NCBI GenBank assembly: GCA_964016885.1
Contig: OZ024741.1
Coordinates: 33,728,001 to 33,792,000 of the forward strand
Length of the DNA stretch: 64,000 nt
DNA from: Eledone cirrhosa
Lineage: Eukaryota
Direction of reading: 5' to 3'
The notes under the pieces were generated by a model. The model worked only from the letters and a program-made list of their open reading frames with translations, had not been told where the DNA came from and did not search any database. How positions within the stretch are numbered: the stretch's first letter is position 1; every line of letters begins with the position of its first letter. Below, one piece after another: positions 40,651 through 55,266 of this stretch. A program made the position numbers and the translations under genes.

Positions 40651-41356
40651 AAGAAATGTAAATCTGAGTTTTTCGAATATTAATAAAGAATAGTCGATTC
40701 GTTTGCAATCATGCAAACAGCCTCTTAAGCCATGTAAGTAGAATGACCTCATCATCCTTGCTCTCGTGTTGGTATATATATATATATATATATAAGTTTA
40801 TGCCGGGTTCAATCGGGGGTAACCACAGTAAGTAAGGTACTCAATACATAGCAGAGTATAAATATTTAATATAAAAAAGCTTCTACAGGACTAGAACTGT
40901 TTCATTCGTGAGAAATGAAATAGTTCTAGTCCTGTAGAAGCTTTTCTATATTAAATATATATATATATATGAAAAAGTGTACTGCGTGGCTAAGACCAAA
41001 TAAAAGATAAAAGGAATAAAAAAATGGTGGGCAATGACAAAGAAAAAACGAGCGAAACACCGGAGAGTCCCTTCTCATCAGTCAACCATTTGGGGTCTTC
41101 GTGATTTCAGAGCTTTAAGATCAATACAACTAGCTCCAGTGCACATGGGACTGTATCATATGAACACAAGACAAGACTATTTAAAAATAAAATTAAATTA
41201 AATTAAATTTGCTGCAAACCAATGTGCTGCAACTGAAAGGAAGATATAAAAACAAGACCAACATATTAGCCAAGAGTCAGTATAGACAGAAGGCGAAGTG
41301 AGACAGAGGGGGGAGATAAATAGATAGATAGATCACATGCGCTTCTCATAGCACAT

Positions 41357-41398
<42 letters not shown>

Positions 41399-41536
41399 GT
41401 ATAAAAACATGTACATATATATATATATATACAAATATATATATATATATATTTACATATATGGGTGTGTATATATATATATATCTGTGTGTGTGCGCGT
41501 ACATATATATATATATATATTATATATCTGTGTGTG

Positions 41537-41581
<45 letters not shown>

Positions 41582-42070
41582 AGAGAGAGGGGGGGGAGAC
41601 TCGCTATAAAGAAATATTGCTCGCTGGTTGTGGTTATGCAAATTGTTAGTTGTGAGGTAAATATATAGTTGTGAAGGTCCTAATGTCCTAATGTCCATTC
41701 ACAGCCGGTATTTATAGCTAAAATTCGTTGACAGCTTAATTCAATAGGAGGAAGAAGGACTGCCAGACAAACGTATAGTCAGTCTACCTTAGCTATCCAA
41801 CTAAGCAATCAATCAAGCTAAACCAACCAAGCAGACGACCTTCACTCTAGTATCAACGCCATCTTGTTTTTCGCTATAGTGGTGTAAGAACGTTACTGTT
41901 AGAATTAGTAAATTAGTATATATTGGCTCACATTCGCCTTCATTCAGATACACATTGTTGTCTGGGATTTCACGGGGTGGGGGAGTCATGTTGCTAATTG
42001 TTCTTCTCGTTTTTTGTTGTCTTCATTGTTGTTTGTGTTATATATGTATGTATATATGTGTGTGTGTGTA

Positions 42071-42136
<66 letters not shown>

Positions 42137-42204
42137 ATATATATATATATATATGTTATATATAAATATATTTGATATATATAAATATATATATATTGTA
42201 TATG

Positions 42205-42255
<51 letters not shown>

Positions 42256-42264
42256 GTATATATA

Positions 42265-42324
<60 letters not shown>

Positions 42325-42485
42325 CGTGGCATATGTTTGTAAGCAAGTGGCAATAACAAAAATAACATTTGTCTATATTTGCTAATATTTGTATTGTCTT
42401 TTAGGCACTGTCTATCTTATTTGTAATATTATTGTAGGTCTTTATTGAAATTTCTATGATTTATTTATTATTATTATTATTACAA

Positions 42486-42732
42486 CATCATCATCATCAT
42501 CATCATCATCGTCACTATCATCATCCTCATCGTCACTATCACCATCATCATCGTCACTATCACCATCATCATCATCCTCATTATCATCACTATCATCATC
42601 ATAATCATCACTATCACCATGATCATTATCACCACCATCATCATCATCGCCACCGTCATCATCGACACTATCACCATCATCACCACCACCACCATCATCG
42701 TCACCACTACCATCATCATCATCATCACCATC
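42486..42732. repeat. Degenerate (CAT/CAC)n
   Basis: Direct reading. Confidence 0.9.
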
Positions 42733-43084
42733 AGGAATTGATTGGGTCGTATTTTCCTTTTGAATTTCAATCTTTTTGTTTTGTTTTGTTTTACATTGGC
42801 GGGAGGGGGTGGGGGTGTTGAGTGTATTTTGTCGGAGTTTTTGGTCTTTTCTGTCTTTTTTTTGTCTTTTGCTCTCCTTGTTTTATAGATGTTGTTGTTG
42901 TTATTATTGCCCTCGTTGTTGTTGCTGCTGTTCTTGTTGCTCTCCTATATACGGTAATAGCGTAGAATAATATTTATTCAAAGCTGGGTCTTTGTCAGCA
43001 GCTACTTGCTTGTTGTCGATCTATATGATGCATTCACAGTTTGGAGACAGGGGAACATCACTAATCAAAGTAGAATACAATACA

Positions 43085-43520
43085 CCTTATGGTATATAAG
43101 GGTACGGGCAAAAATCTCAACGAATTACCTTCTTCGTTTCGGCTAAGTCGCAGGTCCATCAGATTGTAACTAATATCTCTGAGATGAAATAGAAGCCTCG
43201 TCAAAGACAATAACTCGTGTGTCGCTTTATCATCTACAGCCGCTACTAATTGAGAGATCACAGTTCCGATACTATGGGCATGTGGTTAGAATGTCTCAGG
43301 AAAGAATCGCTGGACAGATTTTACGGGTAAAACCAACCGGCAAGACACCTAAGGGTAGAGCAAGATGATTGGATAACATCCATGAGCTTGGCTAGTCATG
43401 CTTGGGAATCCAGCCGGATCAGTTGGAGATGGTTGCTTCTGACAGGACCCACTGGAAGGAGTGTTTGAGGACTTCGCCCTCACGACCCTCTCAGGAATAA
43501 GTGAGCGAAGAAGAAGAGAA
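43085..43520 (+). mobile_element. RTE-clade LINE 3' end
   Basis: RSQFRYYGHVVRMSQERIAGQILRVKPTGKTPKGR motif; (GAA)n tail; related copy at 52822-53110 (-). Confidence 0.75.
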
Positions 43521-43524
43521 AGTC

Positions 43525-43675
43525 TATTAAATTGACCCCCAATTTTTGACTGGCACCTTTTTTATCGACCCGCGGGTGTATAAAAGGCAAAGATAATTCG
43601 GCGGGATTTAAACCCAGAACGTAAAATGTTGTAACTAAATGTTGCAAAGTATCGTATCCGACGCTCTACCGATTA
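43525..43675 (-). mobile_element. Diverged tRNA-derived SINE
   Basis: TTTATCGACCC...AAAGGCAAAG...CGGCGGGATTT core in reverse. Confidence 0.7.
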
Positions 43676-43739
43676 AGAATAATAACGAAAGTGATAATAA
43701 TGCTAACAACGCCATAATCACCCTTATCATAAATATCAC

Positions 43740-43800
43740 CATCGTTATCATCATTTCAGTATAACTGATACCCTCAACAATAACACCTCCACTACTACTC

Positions 43801-43842
<42 letters not shown>

Positions 43843-44760
43843 ACATTATCACGAACACAGCCACCACCAACAGCAACACCACCATTACCAACACGGCCAC
43901 CATCATCACCATAACCACCACCATCATCACCACTACCATCACCACCACCACCACCATCACCACTACTAACACCACCATCATCACCACCACCATCAATATC
44001 GCCATCATCTCAATCAAACCACCATTATCACTACCACCATCAGCACCCACCACCACCCACCATTACCACCACTACCACCACCCACCATCACCTTCACTAC
44101 CACCACCACCATCACCACTACCACTACCACTACCATCACCACCACCACCACTACCATCACCACTACTACCACCACTACCACTACCACTACCATCACCATT
44201 ACCACCATCATTAATATCACCACCACCATCACCACTACCTCCACCACCACCACCACTACCACTACCATCACCACCACTACTACCACCATCACCACCACCA
44301 CCACTACCACCACCATCATCACCACCACCACCACTACTACCACAATCACTACTACCGCCATCATCACCACTACCACTACCACCACCACTACCACCATCAC
44401 CACTACCACCACCACCACCACCACTACCACTACCATCACCACCACTACTACCACCATCACCACCACCACTACCATCACCACCACCACCACTACTACCACG
44501 ATCACTACTACCGCCATCACCACAACCAACACCAACACCACCACCACCACTACTACCACCATCACCCCCACCACCACCACCATCACCACCACCACCACCA
44601 CTACTACCACGATCACTACTACCGCCATCACCACAACCAACACCACCACCACTACTACCACCATCACCACCACCACCACCACCACCACCACTACCACCAT
44701 CACCAACACCACCACCACTACTACCACCACCACCACCACCATCATCTCAATCAAACCACC
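43740..44760. repeat. Long degenerate (CAC/CAT/TAC)n tract
   Basis: Direct reading; source of the poly-Val ORFs. Confidence 0.92.
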
Positions 44761-44854
44761 ATTATCTCCCAAACAGATGAAAACTAAATTACCCATTACT
44801 ACTGTATTGTTTCAACATTCCCTGGTTTCACTCCTCGTGCCTTTCATGTCTGAA

Positions 44855-46200
44855 TACACATCTGTGTACATATACACACACATAACTACATACACATATA
44901 TACACATCTGTGTACATATACACACACATAACTACATACACATATATACACATCTGTGTACATATACACACACATAACTACATACACATATATACACATC
45001 TGTGTACATATACACACACATAACTACATACACATATATACACATCTCTGTGTACATATACACACACATAACTACATACACATATACACATCTCTGTGTA
45101 CATATACACACACATAACTACATACACATATATACACATCTGTGTACATATACACACACATAACTACATACACATATATACACATCTCTGTGTACATATA
45201 CACACACATAACTACATACACATATATACACATCTGTGTACATATACACACACACATAACTACATACACATATACACATCTCTGTGTACATATACACACA
45301 CATAACTACATACACATATGTACACATCTGTGTGTACATATACACACACATAACTACATACACATATATACACATCTGTGTACATATACACACACATAAC
45401 TACATACACATATATACACATCTCTGTGTACATATACACACACATAACTACATACACATATATACACATCTGTGTATATATACACACACATAACTACATA
45501 CACATATATACACATCTGTGTACATATACACACACATAACTACATACACATATATACACATCTCTGTGTACATATACACACACATAACTACATACACATA
45601 TATACACATCTCTGTGTACATATACACACACATAACTACATACACATATATACACATCTGTGTATATATACACACACATAACTACATTCACATATATACA
45701 CATCTGTGTACATATACACACACATAACTACATACACATATAAACACATCTGTGTGTACATATACACACACATAACTACATACACATATATACACATCTG
45801 TGTGTACATATACACACACATAACTACATACACATATATACACATCTCTGTGTGCATATACACACACATAACTACATACACATATATACACATCTCTGTG
45901 TACATATACACATACATAACTACATACACATATATACACATCTGTATGTACATATACACATAGATAACTACATACACATATATACACATCTGTGTGTACA
46001 TATACACATACATAACTACATACACATATACACATCTGTGTGTACATATACACATACATAACTACATACACATATACACATCTCTGTGTACATATACACA
46101 CACATATACACACGTATACACATCTGTGTGTACATATACATACACATAACTACATACATACATATACACACATATACACATCTGTGTGTACATATGCAAT
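44855..46200. repeat. 46-48 bp minisatellite built from CA/TA microsatellite
   Basis: Unit ACACATCTGTGTACATATACACACACATAACTACATACACATATAT, about 28 copies. Confidence 0.93.
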
Positions 46201-46389
46201 ACACATAACTACATACACACACATGTAAACATATATATGCACGCATGTATACATACACATAAATCCATACACACACACACACACACATTTATATACACAT
46301 ATGCACACATTTACACATATACGCACATACATACACACACATTTATACACACATATACACAGACATACTTACAAACGTACTTAAACATT

Positions 46390-46461
<72 letters not shown>

Positions 46462-47660
46462 ATAACAGAGATAACTTAAAGCTAAACTCCGACTGGTAAC
46501 CATCTCACTCAACAAACATTAGGTTATACGTTAGTATAAACTCAATTTAAGTGTTTGGGGTGCTAACTATATGTATTTTGTGGAAAGCCAGTTGTATTAT
46601 TTTATATGAGATATAATTAAAGTTAAAATATATCTCTCTTTCCAAACAATTGTTTCATTATAAGTTTTCTACAAGTTGGGAGAATGTTTCCAGTTTATGT
46701 AGAAGCCTAACATATTTTCATGTAAGAAAATATTTAGGTGGGCACTTATAAATCGTCAGTGGAAGCCCATTAAACTTTGATATAAGAAAAAATTTCTTAC
46801 CGCAGTTAATTTTCGTGTCCGTTAAGTTGTCCCTTCACGCATCGAATGACCGCCAAATTTGAAATTCCAGCAGTCTTTTGACTGAGGAAGTATCATAGCG
46901 TCATGAAGCGGAAAAGGGAGACAACCACGAGTCACGAGAAAAGTAAAATAATATACACGTGGGTTAATTAGTTTTTTCAAAAACATTATCAATCCTGCGT
47001 GTTAAGAACTCAATTAATTTAAAAAAATAAATGTATGCGTGTATTAATTACACACGCATATAGATATTTTCTTAGGCTAAAAACAGAGAAGTGATACCTA
47101 AAAACCAACCACATCTCATAACTGTAATCAATACGGAAAGTTACGCTTTAAAAGGCATTTGGGAATGTAAATCTCTGGCCAAATTAAGAGTAAAATATTT
47201 AATACACGCGAGTTAATTAGTTATTTCAAAACCAATATTATTTCGCGTGTTAAGAACTCAATTAATTTTTAAAAATAAATGTATGCATGTAATTATTTAC
47301 ACACGCATATAGATATTTTCTTAAGCTAAAAACAGAGAAGTGATACCCAAAAAAAACAAGCAATATCTCATAACAGCAATAAATACGGAAAGTCATGTTT
47401 ATAAGGTACCTGGAAATAAAAAATCTCTGGCCAAATCAAGAGTAAAATATTTAATACAATAACAGAGATAGCTTAAAGCTAAACTCCGACCGGTAACCAT
47501 CTCACTCAACAAACATTATTCCAGCAGTCTTTTGACTGAGGAAGTATCATAGCGTCACGAAGCGGAAAAGGGAGACAACCACGAGTCACGAGAAAAGTAA
47601 AATAATATACACGTGGGTTAATTAGTTTTTTCAAAAACATTATCAATCCTGCGTGTTATA
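46462..47660 (-). mobile_element. Diverged family D element with internal and partial tandem duplications
   Basis: 46462-46520 repeated at 47459-47518; 46866-47003 repeated at 47519-47657; about 250-bp internal repeat. Confidence 0.75.
46640..46764 (-). ncRNA. Type I hammerhead with branched stem II, diverged family D
   Basis: Minus strand: TTCCA CTGACGA T TTATAAGT ... ACTTATAA T GAAA CAATTG TT TGGAA. Confidence 0.85.
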
Positions 47661-47785
47661 TATATATATATTATACTTTGAAAGGGTCATGCTGCCAAGA
47701 AAAATAAACAGTTGTTGGTTTTGACTTCAATTTATTACAAATTTCCAGTTGGTTGGTTTAATAACCGGATGGTAGTTTACTTATT

Positions 47786-47828
47786 GTCAAAGCTCTTTCG
47801 TCACACATTCTGTGACCTCCTCAGTGAC
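47786..47828 (-). ncRNA. Minimal type I hammerhead
   Basis: Minus strand: GTCA CTGAGGA G GTCACA gaatg TGTGAC GAAA GAGC TT TGAC. Confidence 0.85.
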
Positions 47829-48177
47829 TAATTTGCCATTTTGTGTTTCTCCGTTGTGCTGTCCTACACCAGAAGTTACTGGACCATGCATGCATATGCG
47901 CACATAAATACACATACATGCCTAAATACATATACATACATGTAAATGCGTGGGGAGAGAGCGAAGATATGATGGAGGAGTCGGGGGTGGGTATACGTGT
48001 ATGATGCAGCTGTGTGTGTATGTGTGTGTATGATTCTTCAATTATTGGTGGTTCCAATAATAATTCTTCCCCATATGAAACCATAGTAGGGAGATCTATA
48101 TATAAACGCGGTTAGATAGAATGCTTTTTTTTTTTCTATCTTGTTTGTACTCCCATAATTAGAGTTTTTTCTTGTAA

Positions 48178-48237
<60 letters not shown>

Positions 48238-48872
48238 CATACGTTAAGACGGGCGTTCCGGAAAGTGAAAGTAATTTTTGACAAAACTGTGAATTTGTTT
48301 TTTGTTTTTTTTTACAACAGGTCTCAATAGTGAAAGTTACGATACACACGCAATTGTACGATACACACGCAATTGTATGGATTTCTTAATATATATATAT
48401 GTGTGGGTGTGTATATGTGTGTACACTGTGAATTTGTTTGTTTATTTACAACAGGTCTCTATAGTGATATGGTGTTAATTAATATATACGTCTAAACCAA
48501 TGCTTGCGTGGAAGATAGACGTTAAACGATGATGATGACACAAACACATATATATATATATATACAAACACACATATATATATACATACAGACACACATA
48601 TATATATTAAGAAATCCATACAATTGCGTGTGTATCGTAACTTTCATTGTAAAAAAAAAAAAAAAATACGATATTATATATATAAACTGCATTAGGAGAA
48701 AATTAGTGACAGAAAATTAATATGTTTATTTAAGCGATCGCCACCGGAAGTGTTGACATTTGAATATTTTAAAGAAGTGAATCTTTAAATAAATAATAAA
48801 ATATATTTAATGAACATCCACGAAATTTAGTAGATAAATTATCTAATATTCATTCATTATTTGTTCAAAGTA

Positions 48873-49057
48873 AGGTGGATTGGCAGTATCGGTAGAGGGT
48901 CGGACGCCATGCTTTCCAGCATAGTTACGTCCCTTTACAATCTGAGTTCAAATCCCGCCGAGGTTGACTTTGCCTTTCATCCTTACGGGGTCGATAAAAT
49001 AAAGTACCAGTAATGTACTGAGTAATTGCTGGCCTTGTGCCAAAAGTAGAAACAATT
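48873..49057 (+). mobile_element. tRNA-derived SINE
   Basis: Full head, core and tail. Confidence 0.88.
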
Positions 49058-49140
49058 ATTTATTCAAAGTAATCCAACTTATTTTACTAATGGGATAAAA
49101 AATTATAAACCGTACGCAGTCCCGCGCTTCTTACTTTATT

Positions 49141-49173
<33 letters not shown>

Positions 49174-49264
49174 CAATAATATTAATAAATGGAAAAACTG
49201 TTGAGTGCTTCTAATCTGTTATAAATTAAGTTTGTTGAATAATCAACAAATTAAATAACTCATT

Positions 49265-49295
<31 letters not shown>

Positions 49296-49298
<3 letters not shown>

Positions 49299-49354
49299 TC
49301 TTTTACTTTTTTACCTGTTTCAGCCATCCGGCTGAGGCCATGCTGAGGCACCGC

Positions 49355-49358
<4 letters not shown>
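49296..49358. mobile_element. End fragment of a second SINE family
   Basis: TACTCTTTTAC...TGTTTCAGCCAT..GGCTGAGGCCATGCTGAGGCACCGCC, a terminus I recall from octopus repeats (recall only). Confidence 0.45.
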
Positions 49359-49412
<54 letters not shown>

Positions 49413-49652
49413 TAAAACATGTCTATAGAATCACCAGATAAATTATATACCGTTTCCTCTCCCAATTAGCATAATTAATCATATAAAAAATCAATTAGAT
49501 CAAGCTATAAGAATAAAGGCTCCTATGAAGAAATCTCCGACAAATAACCGAAAGCAACCCCTTCGCGTTTTATGATATATAGCTCTGATTATTTAATTTA
49601 TTAATTCTTCATTGATCCACAAAGTGACCCGTTCAAAACACATTATATCTAT

Positions 49653-49727
<75 letters not shown>

Positions 49728-50044
49728 GTTTGTCTATGTATTTCTCTTTGTACGCTCGCATTTGTATCTGTGTGTGTGACTTTGTACGTGTACCCGCAAC
49801 TTACGCAAGTCACTAATTATTTATCTTATCTATTTCAGAACGTCCAAGATGGAATAACCGTTAGTCGCTGTCTCTCTGCTTTGCTACCCTTTTTCCCGGC
49901 ATTTTTACTACTGACTGACTGATCAAAGCGGAATACTATAAATATATATACATATACATATACACATCAATTTGTATATAGATATACATATATATATACA
50001 TATATATAATATATACGTAGCGACATAGATCCATATAAACAATA

Positions 50045-50141
50045 ATGTTGATACCAAAGAAATACTGGATTTCTCTGTTATTGTGCTTCTGTTTGGTGGG
50101 ACTGGCCTTTTGCGAAAGATCACCAAGAGCAAGGAAGAAAG
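50045..50141 (+). CDS. First coding exon of an Ig-domain cell-surface/secreted protein; signal peptide MLIPKKYWISLLLCFCLVGLAFC-ERSPRARKK
   Basis: ATG at 50045; basic n-region plus hydrophobic core; donor AAG|GTATGG at 50142; 97 nt (phase 1) joins in frame to the exon at 51140. Probable acceptor TATTTCAG at 49838, so the exon likely includes 5'UTR from 49839. Confidence 0.8.
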
Positions 50142-50220
50142 GTATGGTTATGTGGTTTTAACTTCCTCTTTCACTTCTCTGCTGTGTATTATTGTTTCTT
50201 TGTGTGTGTTTTTACGTACG

Positions 50221-50380
50221 AAGGCGGCAGATTGAAGAGTCGTTAAGACGTCGGATAGAATGCTTTACGGTATTCATCCAACCTCATTGCGCGCTCTGAG
50301 TTCAAATCCCGCCCGGGTCAACTTTGTCTTTCATCATTTCGAGGTCGATAAAAAAAAGTAAGTCCAGTACTGAGGTCGAT
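50221..50380 (+). mobile_element. tRNA-derived SINE in intron
   Basis: B-box GAGTTCAAATCC plus core. Confidence 0.78.
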
Positions 50381-50489
50381 TCTTCCTCTATAGAAAAATT
50401 GGCTGTGTTCAGAGCTGGAGATGGTTGGGCTCCGCCAGGTTTAAAAGTGCCCTAGACACGCCACATGACGGTGCCTCTACGACTCCACA

Positions 50490-50880
50490 AGGAGTTATGA
50501 GACTTTATCCTTATCCTTTTACATGTGGAAGATCCTGGAAGGGTAAGGACCAAACTTCGGCATTGAAGGCAGGACTTGCTCACAAATATGACGTTACTGT
50601 GTAATGTAAAAGATCCCATGCGTCTCATCAAAAATAAGGACCACATACTGCAATCACCTGGGGGTTCAAGGGACCCCACCTTTTGAATAAGCTGGCAAAA
50701 AATCTGAGACATCTGCATGGTGTTCAGGTAGATGTTTTCAAGAGACATCTCGACATTCTACTGACTAAGATCTCGGATAAACCCACAGTACGAGGTGAAG
50801 CACAAATAAGAGCAGCAACAACAAACTCCCTTTTGCATCAATGGCCAACCAGGGAAGGCTGGCTATAGAATGTGTAGCAT
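50490..50880 (+). mobile_element. CR1/L2-group LINE 3' end in intron
   Basis: GFKGPHLLNKLAKNLR...VDVFKRHLDILL..I.DKP...RAATTNSLLHQ. Confidence 0.7.
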
Positions 50881-51139
50881 CATGCTATGTGCTGTGGGTT
50901 CATCCGGGATCCCGGTTAGCAGAATATCGTAATGTCTCTTGAAAACACCCACATGCACATCATGTAGATCTCTCAGATTTTTTGCAACTTATTAAAAAGA
51001 TGGGGTCCCTTGAGCCCCATGCTATTACAGTATGTCGGCTGGAATACGTAATAGAGGAATAAGCCACTTGAAAATAAACAACAAATCTAACACTTAAGTT
51101 TTTGTATATATTTTTTATTGTTTGGGTTTTTGTTTTCAG

Positions 51140-51312
51140 GACCCAGACAACCACAATGGAGGAAACGTTCACCTCCAAAGAAAGGAGAGTCACAAGTAAC
51201 GGTTAATGAAAAGAAAAACTTGAAATTGGATTGTTCGGCCCACGGAACGCCGAAACCAAACATTACTTGGTCAAGAAACGGAATAGAAATCACCCTTATA
51301 CCGCATATGAAG
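51140..51312 (+). CDS. Internal exon, N-terminal half of an I-set Ig domain (PQW...LKLDCSAHGTPKPNITWSRNG)
   Basis: Acceptor TTTTCAG|, donor AAG|GTAATT; conserved Ig Cys and Trp; phase 1 to phase 0, compatible with both neighbours. Confidence 0.92.
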
Positions 51313-51363
51313 GTAATTATATATGCTGAGAGAGGGAGAGAGAGAGAGAGGGAGAGAGAGAGA

Positions 51364-51464
<101 letters not shown>

Positions 51465-51808
51465 ATATAGATAGATGGATAGATAGATAGATTGATTAAT
51501 GTCTATTCTTATGCAGAAACTGCATGATATGACGGCTGTAGCTTGAAAAAGTCCGTTTCCCCCATTCTCATTTTAGGGTGGGTTAAGGGTTGCGATATAT
51601 GGATGATGTCTGAGGTAGGGATAATGGGGGAATGTCTTAGATCTAATAAAGACATTTAGTTCATGATTGGCTCAGTTTTTATGAATGTAATTTATACAAG
51701 TTTGGAATCCGACGGTCTTGTCCACTAGATCAGCTCAAGCTTCGATCTGTATCGATCTAGCCCGACTCTGTAATCCGCGGCTCGTTAGACCCCTTACAAT
51801 GGTAATGG

Positions 51809-51864
<56 letters not shown>

Positions 51865-52107
51865 CTTTGGTCCCTGCGGCTGGCTTACCGGTCGCAATCT
51901 TCAATTTGCAAAGCTGTCTAAACGTAATGTTATTACTCTAAGGTAAAATACCTTATTGAGTGCTTAGCTGCACATTCCGATTGTATTCGTTAGCTTGGCT
52001 GCAGCCAGAGCTTCGATTATGTTGAATTTCCATTTATATATATATATAGATAGATATAGATATAGATATAGATATAGATATAAATGTATGTCTTACTTCT
52101 ATTGCAG

Positions 52108-52231
52108 ATAAAACTTCAGAAATATTCATTAACGGTGCAAAACGTAAAGACTAAAGACTCTGGCAACTACACATGCCGTGTGTCCAATGATTACGGTTCT
52201 TTAACTTTCACATATAACGTCGTGGTTACAG
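52108..52231 (+). CDS. Internal exon, C-terminal half of the Ig domain (IKLQKYSLTVQNVKTKDSGNYTCRVSNDYGSLTFTYNVVVT); FGFR/FGFRL1 D2-like
   Basis: Acceptor TTGCAG|, donor CAG|GTAAGT; DSGNYTC.VSN.YG motif; 124 nt, phase 0 to phase 1. Absent from the ORF track and translated by hand. Confidence 0.92.
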
Positions 52232-52294
52232 GTAAGTAATGTTTTTGTGATCCACTGATATTGTTTTGGTGGTTGTTACTGTTGTTGTTATAAA

Positions 52295-52652
52295 TGGCAG
52301 AATCGGTAGAGCGTCGGACAACATGCTTAGCGGCATAGAGTTACGGTCCTTTACGTTCTGCGTCCAGATCCCGCTGAGGTTAGCTTTGCCTTTCATCCTT
52401 ACTGGGTTGATAAAATAAAGTACCAGTCATGCATCATCATCGGGAAGGTGGATTGGCAGAATCACTAGAGCGTCGGAAAAAATACTTTGTAGCGTTTAGT
52501 TATAGCCTTTTACTTTCCGAGTTCAAATCCCGCCGAAGTCGACTTTGCTTTTCATCCGTCCGGGGTCGAGGTCGATAAAATGAAGTACTAGGTCGATTTA
52601 ATCAACATTCTCCTTCCCTTAAATTACTGGCCTTGTGTTAATGTTAGAAAGA
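52295..52652 (+). mobile_element. Two tandem tRNA-derived SINEs
   Basis: Heads at about 52295 and 52446. Confidence 0.82.
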
Positions 52653-52819
52653 ATTATTATTGTTGTCTACATAGAAGGTAGATATCCCCATCCCCAACGA
52701 CCGTTAGGAAGAGGAAACTACTCCCGTTTATTGTTTAATATTCCCATCCACACGATGTCTCTACGAACATGGCAACAGACGTTTTCGCCTAATTAGGTAC
52801 CACTTTCCAATCACCCACA

Positions 52820-52821
<2 letters not shown>

Positions 52822-52850
<29 letters not shown>

Positions 52851-53110
52851 CTTCTTCTTCTTCTTCTTCTTCTTCTTCTTCTTCTTCTTCTTCTTCGTCT
52901 TCCTGGTGAGGTCGTGGCGGCAGGGTCCTCAGACACGCCTTCCACAGGGTCCTATCAGAAGCAACCATCTCCAATTAATCCGGCTGGATCTCAAAACGAG
53001 ACCAGCCGAGATCGTGGATCCTACCCAACTATCTTACTCATGGTCTACCTCTGGGTCTCGGGTTTGTTGGCTTTGCCTGTAAAATCTGACCAGCAACTCT
53101 TTCCTTAGAC
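52822..53110 (-). mobile_element. RTE-clade LINE 3' end with (GAA)n tail
   Basis: EMVASDRTLWKACLRTLPPRP; homologous to 43330-43520. Confidence 0.75.
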
Positions 53111-53297
53111 AATCTAATGTCTATAATGTTAAGGTGAGTTACTCTTGTCAAAAGAACATAACTTCTAATATGGCATGTTTGTTTGCTTGCTTTTGTTTTG
53201 TTTTTAAATCAATTTGAGCTGGAGAAGGAGGCTATTCTCATGTCATTTGCCATACCTCTGAGATCGGTGATATCGACATGGCCATTGTTTCTCTTAA

Positions 53298-53863
53298 ACA
53301 GCTACATGTCGACAACTACAAGTTGACAGCAACAAGCCCTCAGCTACAAGTCGACAGCCACAAGTTGACAACTAAAAGTCGACAGCCACAAGTCGATAGC
53401 TACAAGTTGACAACAACTAAAAGTCAACAGCTATAAGTCGATAGCTACAAGTTGACAGCTACAAGTTGACAGCTACAAGTTGACAATTACAAGTTAACAG
53501 CTACAAGTTGACAACTAAAAGTCGACAGCTACAAGTTGACAACTAAAAGTCGACAGCCACAAGTCGATAGCTACAAATTGACAACTAAAAGTTGACAGCT
53601 ACAAGTTGACAAATAAAGGTCGACAGCCACAAATTGACAACTAAAAGTCGACAGCTACAAGTTGACAGCTACAAGTTGACAGCTACAAGTTAACAGCTAC
53701 AAGTTGACAACTAAAAGTCGACAGCCACAAATTGACAACTAAAAGTCGACAGCCGCAAGTTGACAACTACAAGTTACAACTACTTGTCGACAGCTACAAG
53801 TTGACAACTGACAGCTACAAGTTGACAGCTACTAGTCGACAACTACAAGATGACGGCTACAAT
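53298..53863. repeat. 14-bp minisatellite
   Basis: Unit ACAAGTTGACAGCT with variants. Confidence 0.92.
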
Positions 53864-54102
53864 TGGGTGGAATTCCTGATAACCGATCTTCTTGTGAGGA
53901 AGAAATGAATGTAGTGATTAGTGCGAAGCTGGCTGAGCGGACACAGTGGGGTGACAGGAAAAATTGTGAATAATTGGGGATTGAAGTGAGTAAAGATGGC
54001 ATACAGGGGACACTACCAATGATGGCGTATCATTTCACACCTGTCGATCACGTGGTGGGTTTTTTGTTGTCTTGTGAAACTCTAGGTCATCTCTGGCTAC
54101 TA

Positions 54103-54134
<32 letters not shown>

Positions 54135-54257
54135 TCTGCTGCTATTACTACAACAACTACTACTGCTATAACTATTGCTGCTGCTACTATTACTACTACC
54201 ACAACCTCTACAATTATTACTACAACTACTTTACACACACGTACGTACCTGTGTGTG

Positions 54258-54289
<32 letters not shown>

Positions 54290-55103
54290 CGTGTGCGTGT
54301 GTGCGTGTGTACGTGGCAGGATGAAGGGTTGTAAGTCTATTCTTCGAGAGCGATAATCCTGGGGAAATTATAAAAACCCAGTGTGTGTGTATGTGCCGTG
54401 TATATGTCAGTTATGAGTGTTACGTTTCAATATATGTGCGGTGTTGAAAGACTACATATGATGTATATGGTGTATATAAATACACACCAGTATATTGCGC
54501 TAACTAATGAGTAATGAGCACTATATCTCGATGTATGTGGTGCGTTCAAAGACTGCATGTGGTGTATATATGTATATATGTGTATGTATGTATATGTGTA
54601 TGTGTGTATATGTCAGTAATGAGCGCTGTCACAATATATGTGGTGTGTTGAATGACTGAATATGGTGTATATATATGTATATGTCAGTAATGCACGCTAT
54701 ATATGTATGTGGCGTACATTGTACCACTTACTTTACATAACTCAAATACACATAAACTGGATAATCCATACCTTACATTCTCTAATTTAGTTTATACAAA
54801 TATTTTAAAGGTTAAGTTGTTATTTAACCTCCAGACCAACCCTGAATGAGTAGATCTTGTGATCAGAGGTTTGCCAGCCGTGACCATCCCGTCAATTTTC
54901 GGGCATTGTAATTTATACTTACCTATATCTCACATACATTTAAGACGGGTGAGTATGGTTTGAGAGAAATTTAGCAATTATGTTATAACTATGAAAGCGA
55001 GCGACCATGTAAAGACACTTGCATTACTTCGTCAAATATCAAGTAGTGTGCATATGTGTGTGTGTAGATAGATATATACATATTAGTGTACATATATATA
55101 TAC

Positions 55104-55266
<163 letters not shown>

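Noticed and set aside
41050-41098. CTGATGA on the minus strand
   Set aside because: No downstream GAAA or stems in the right arrangement
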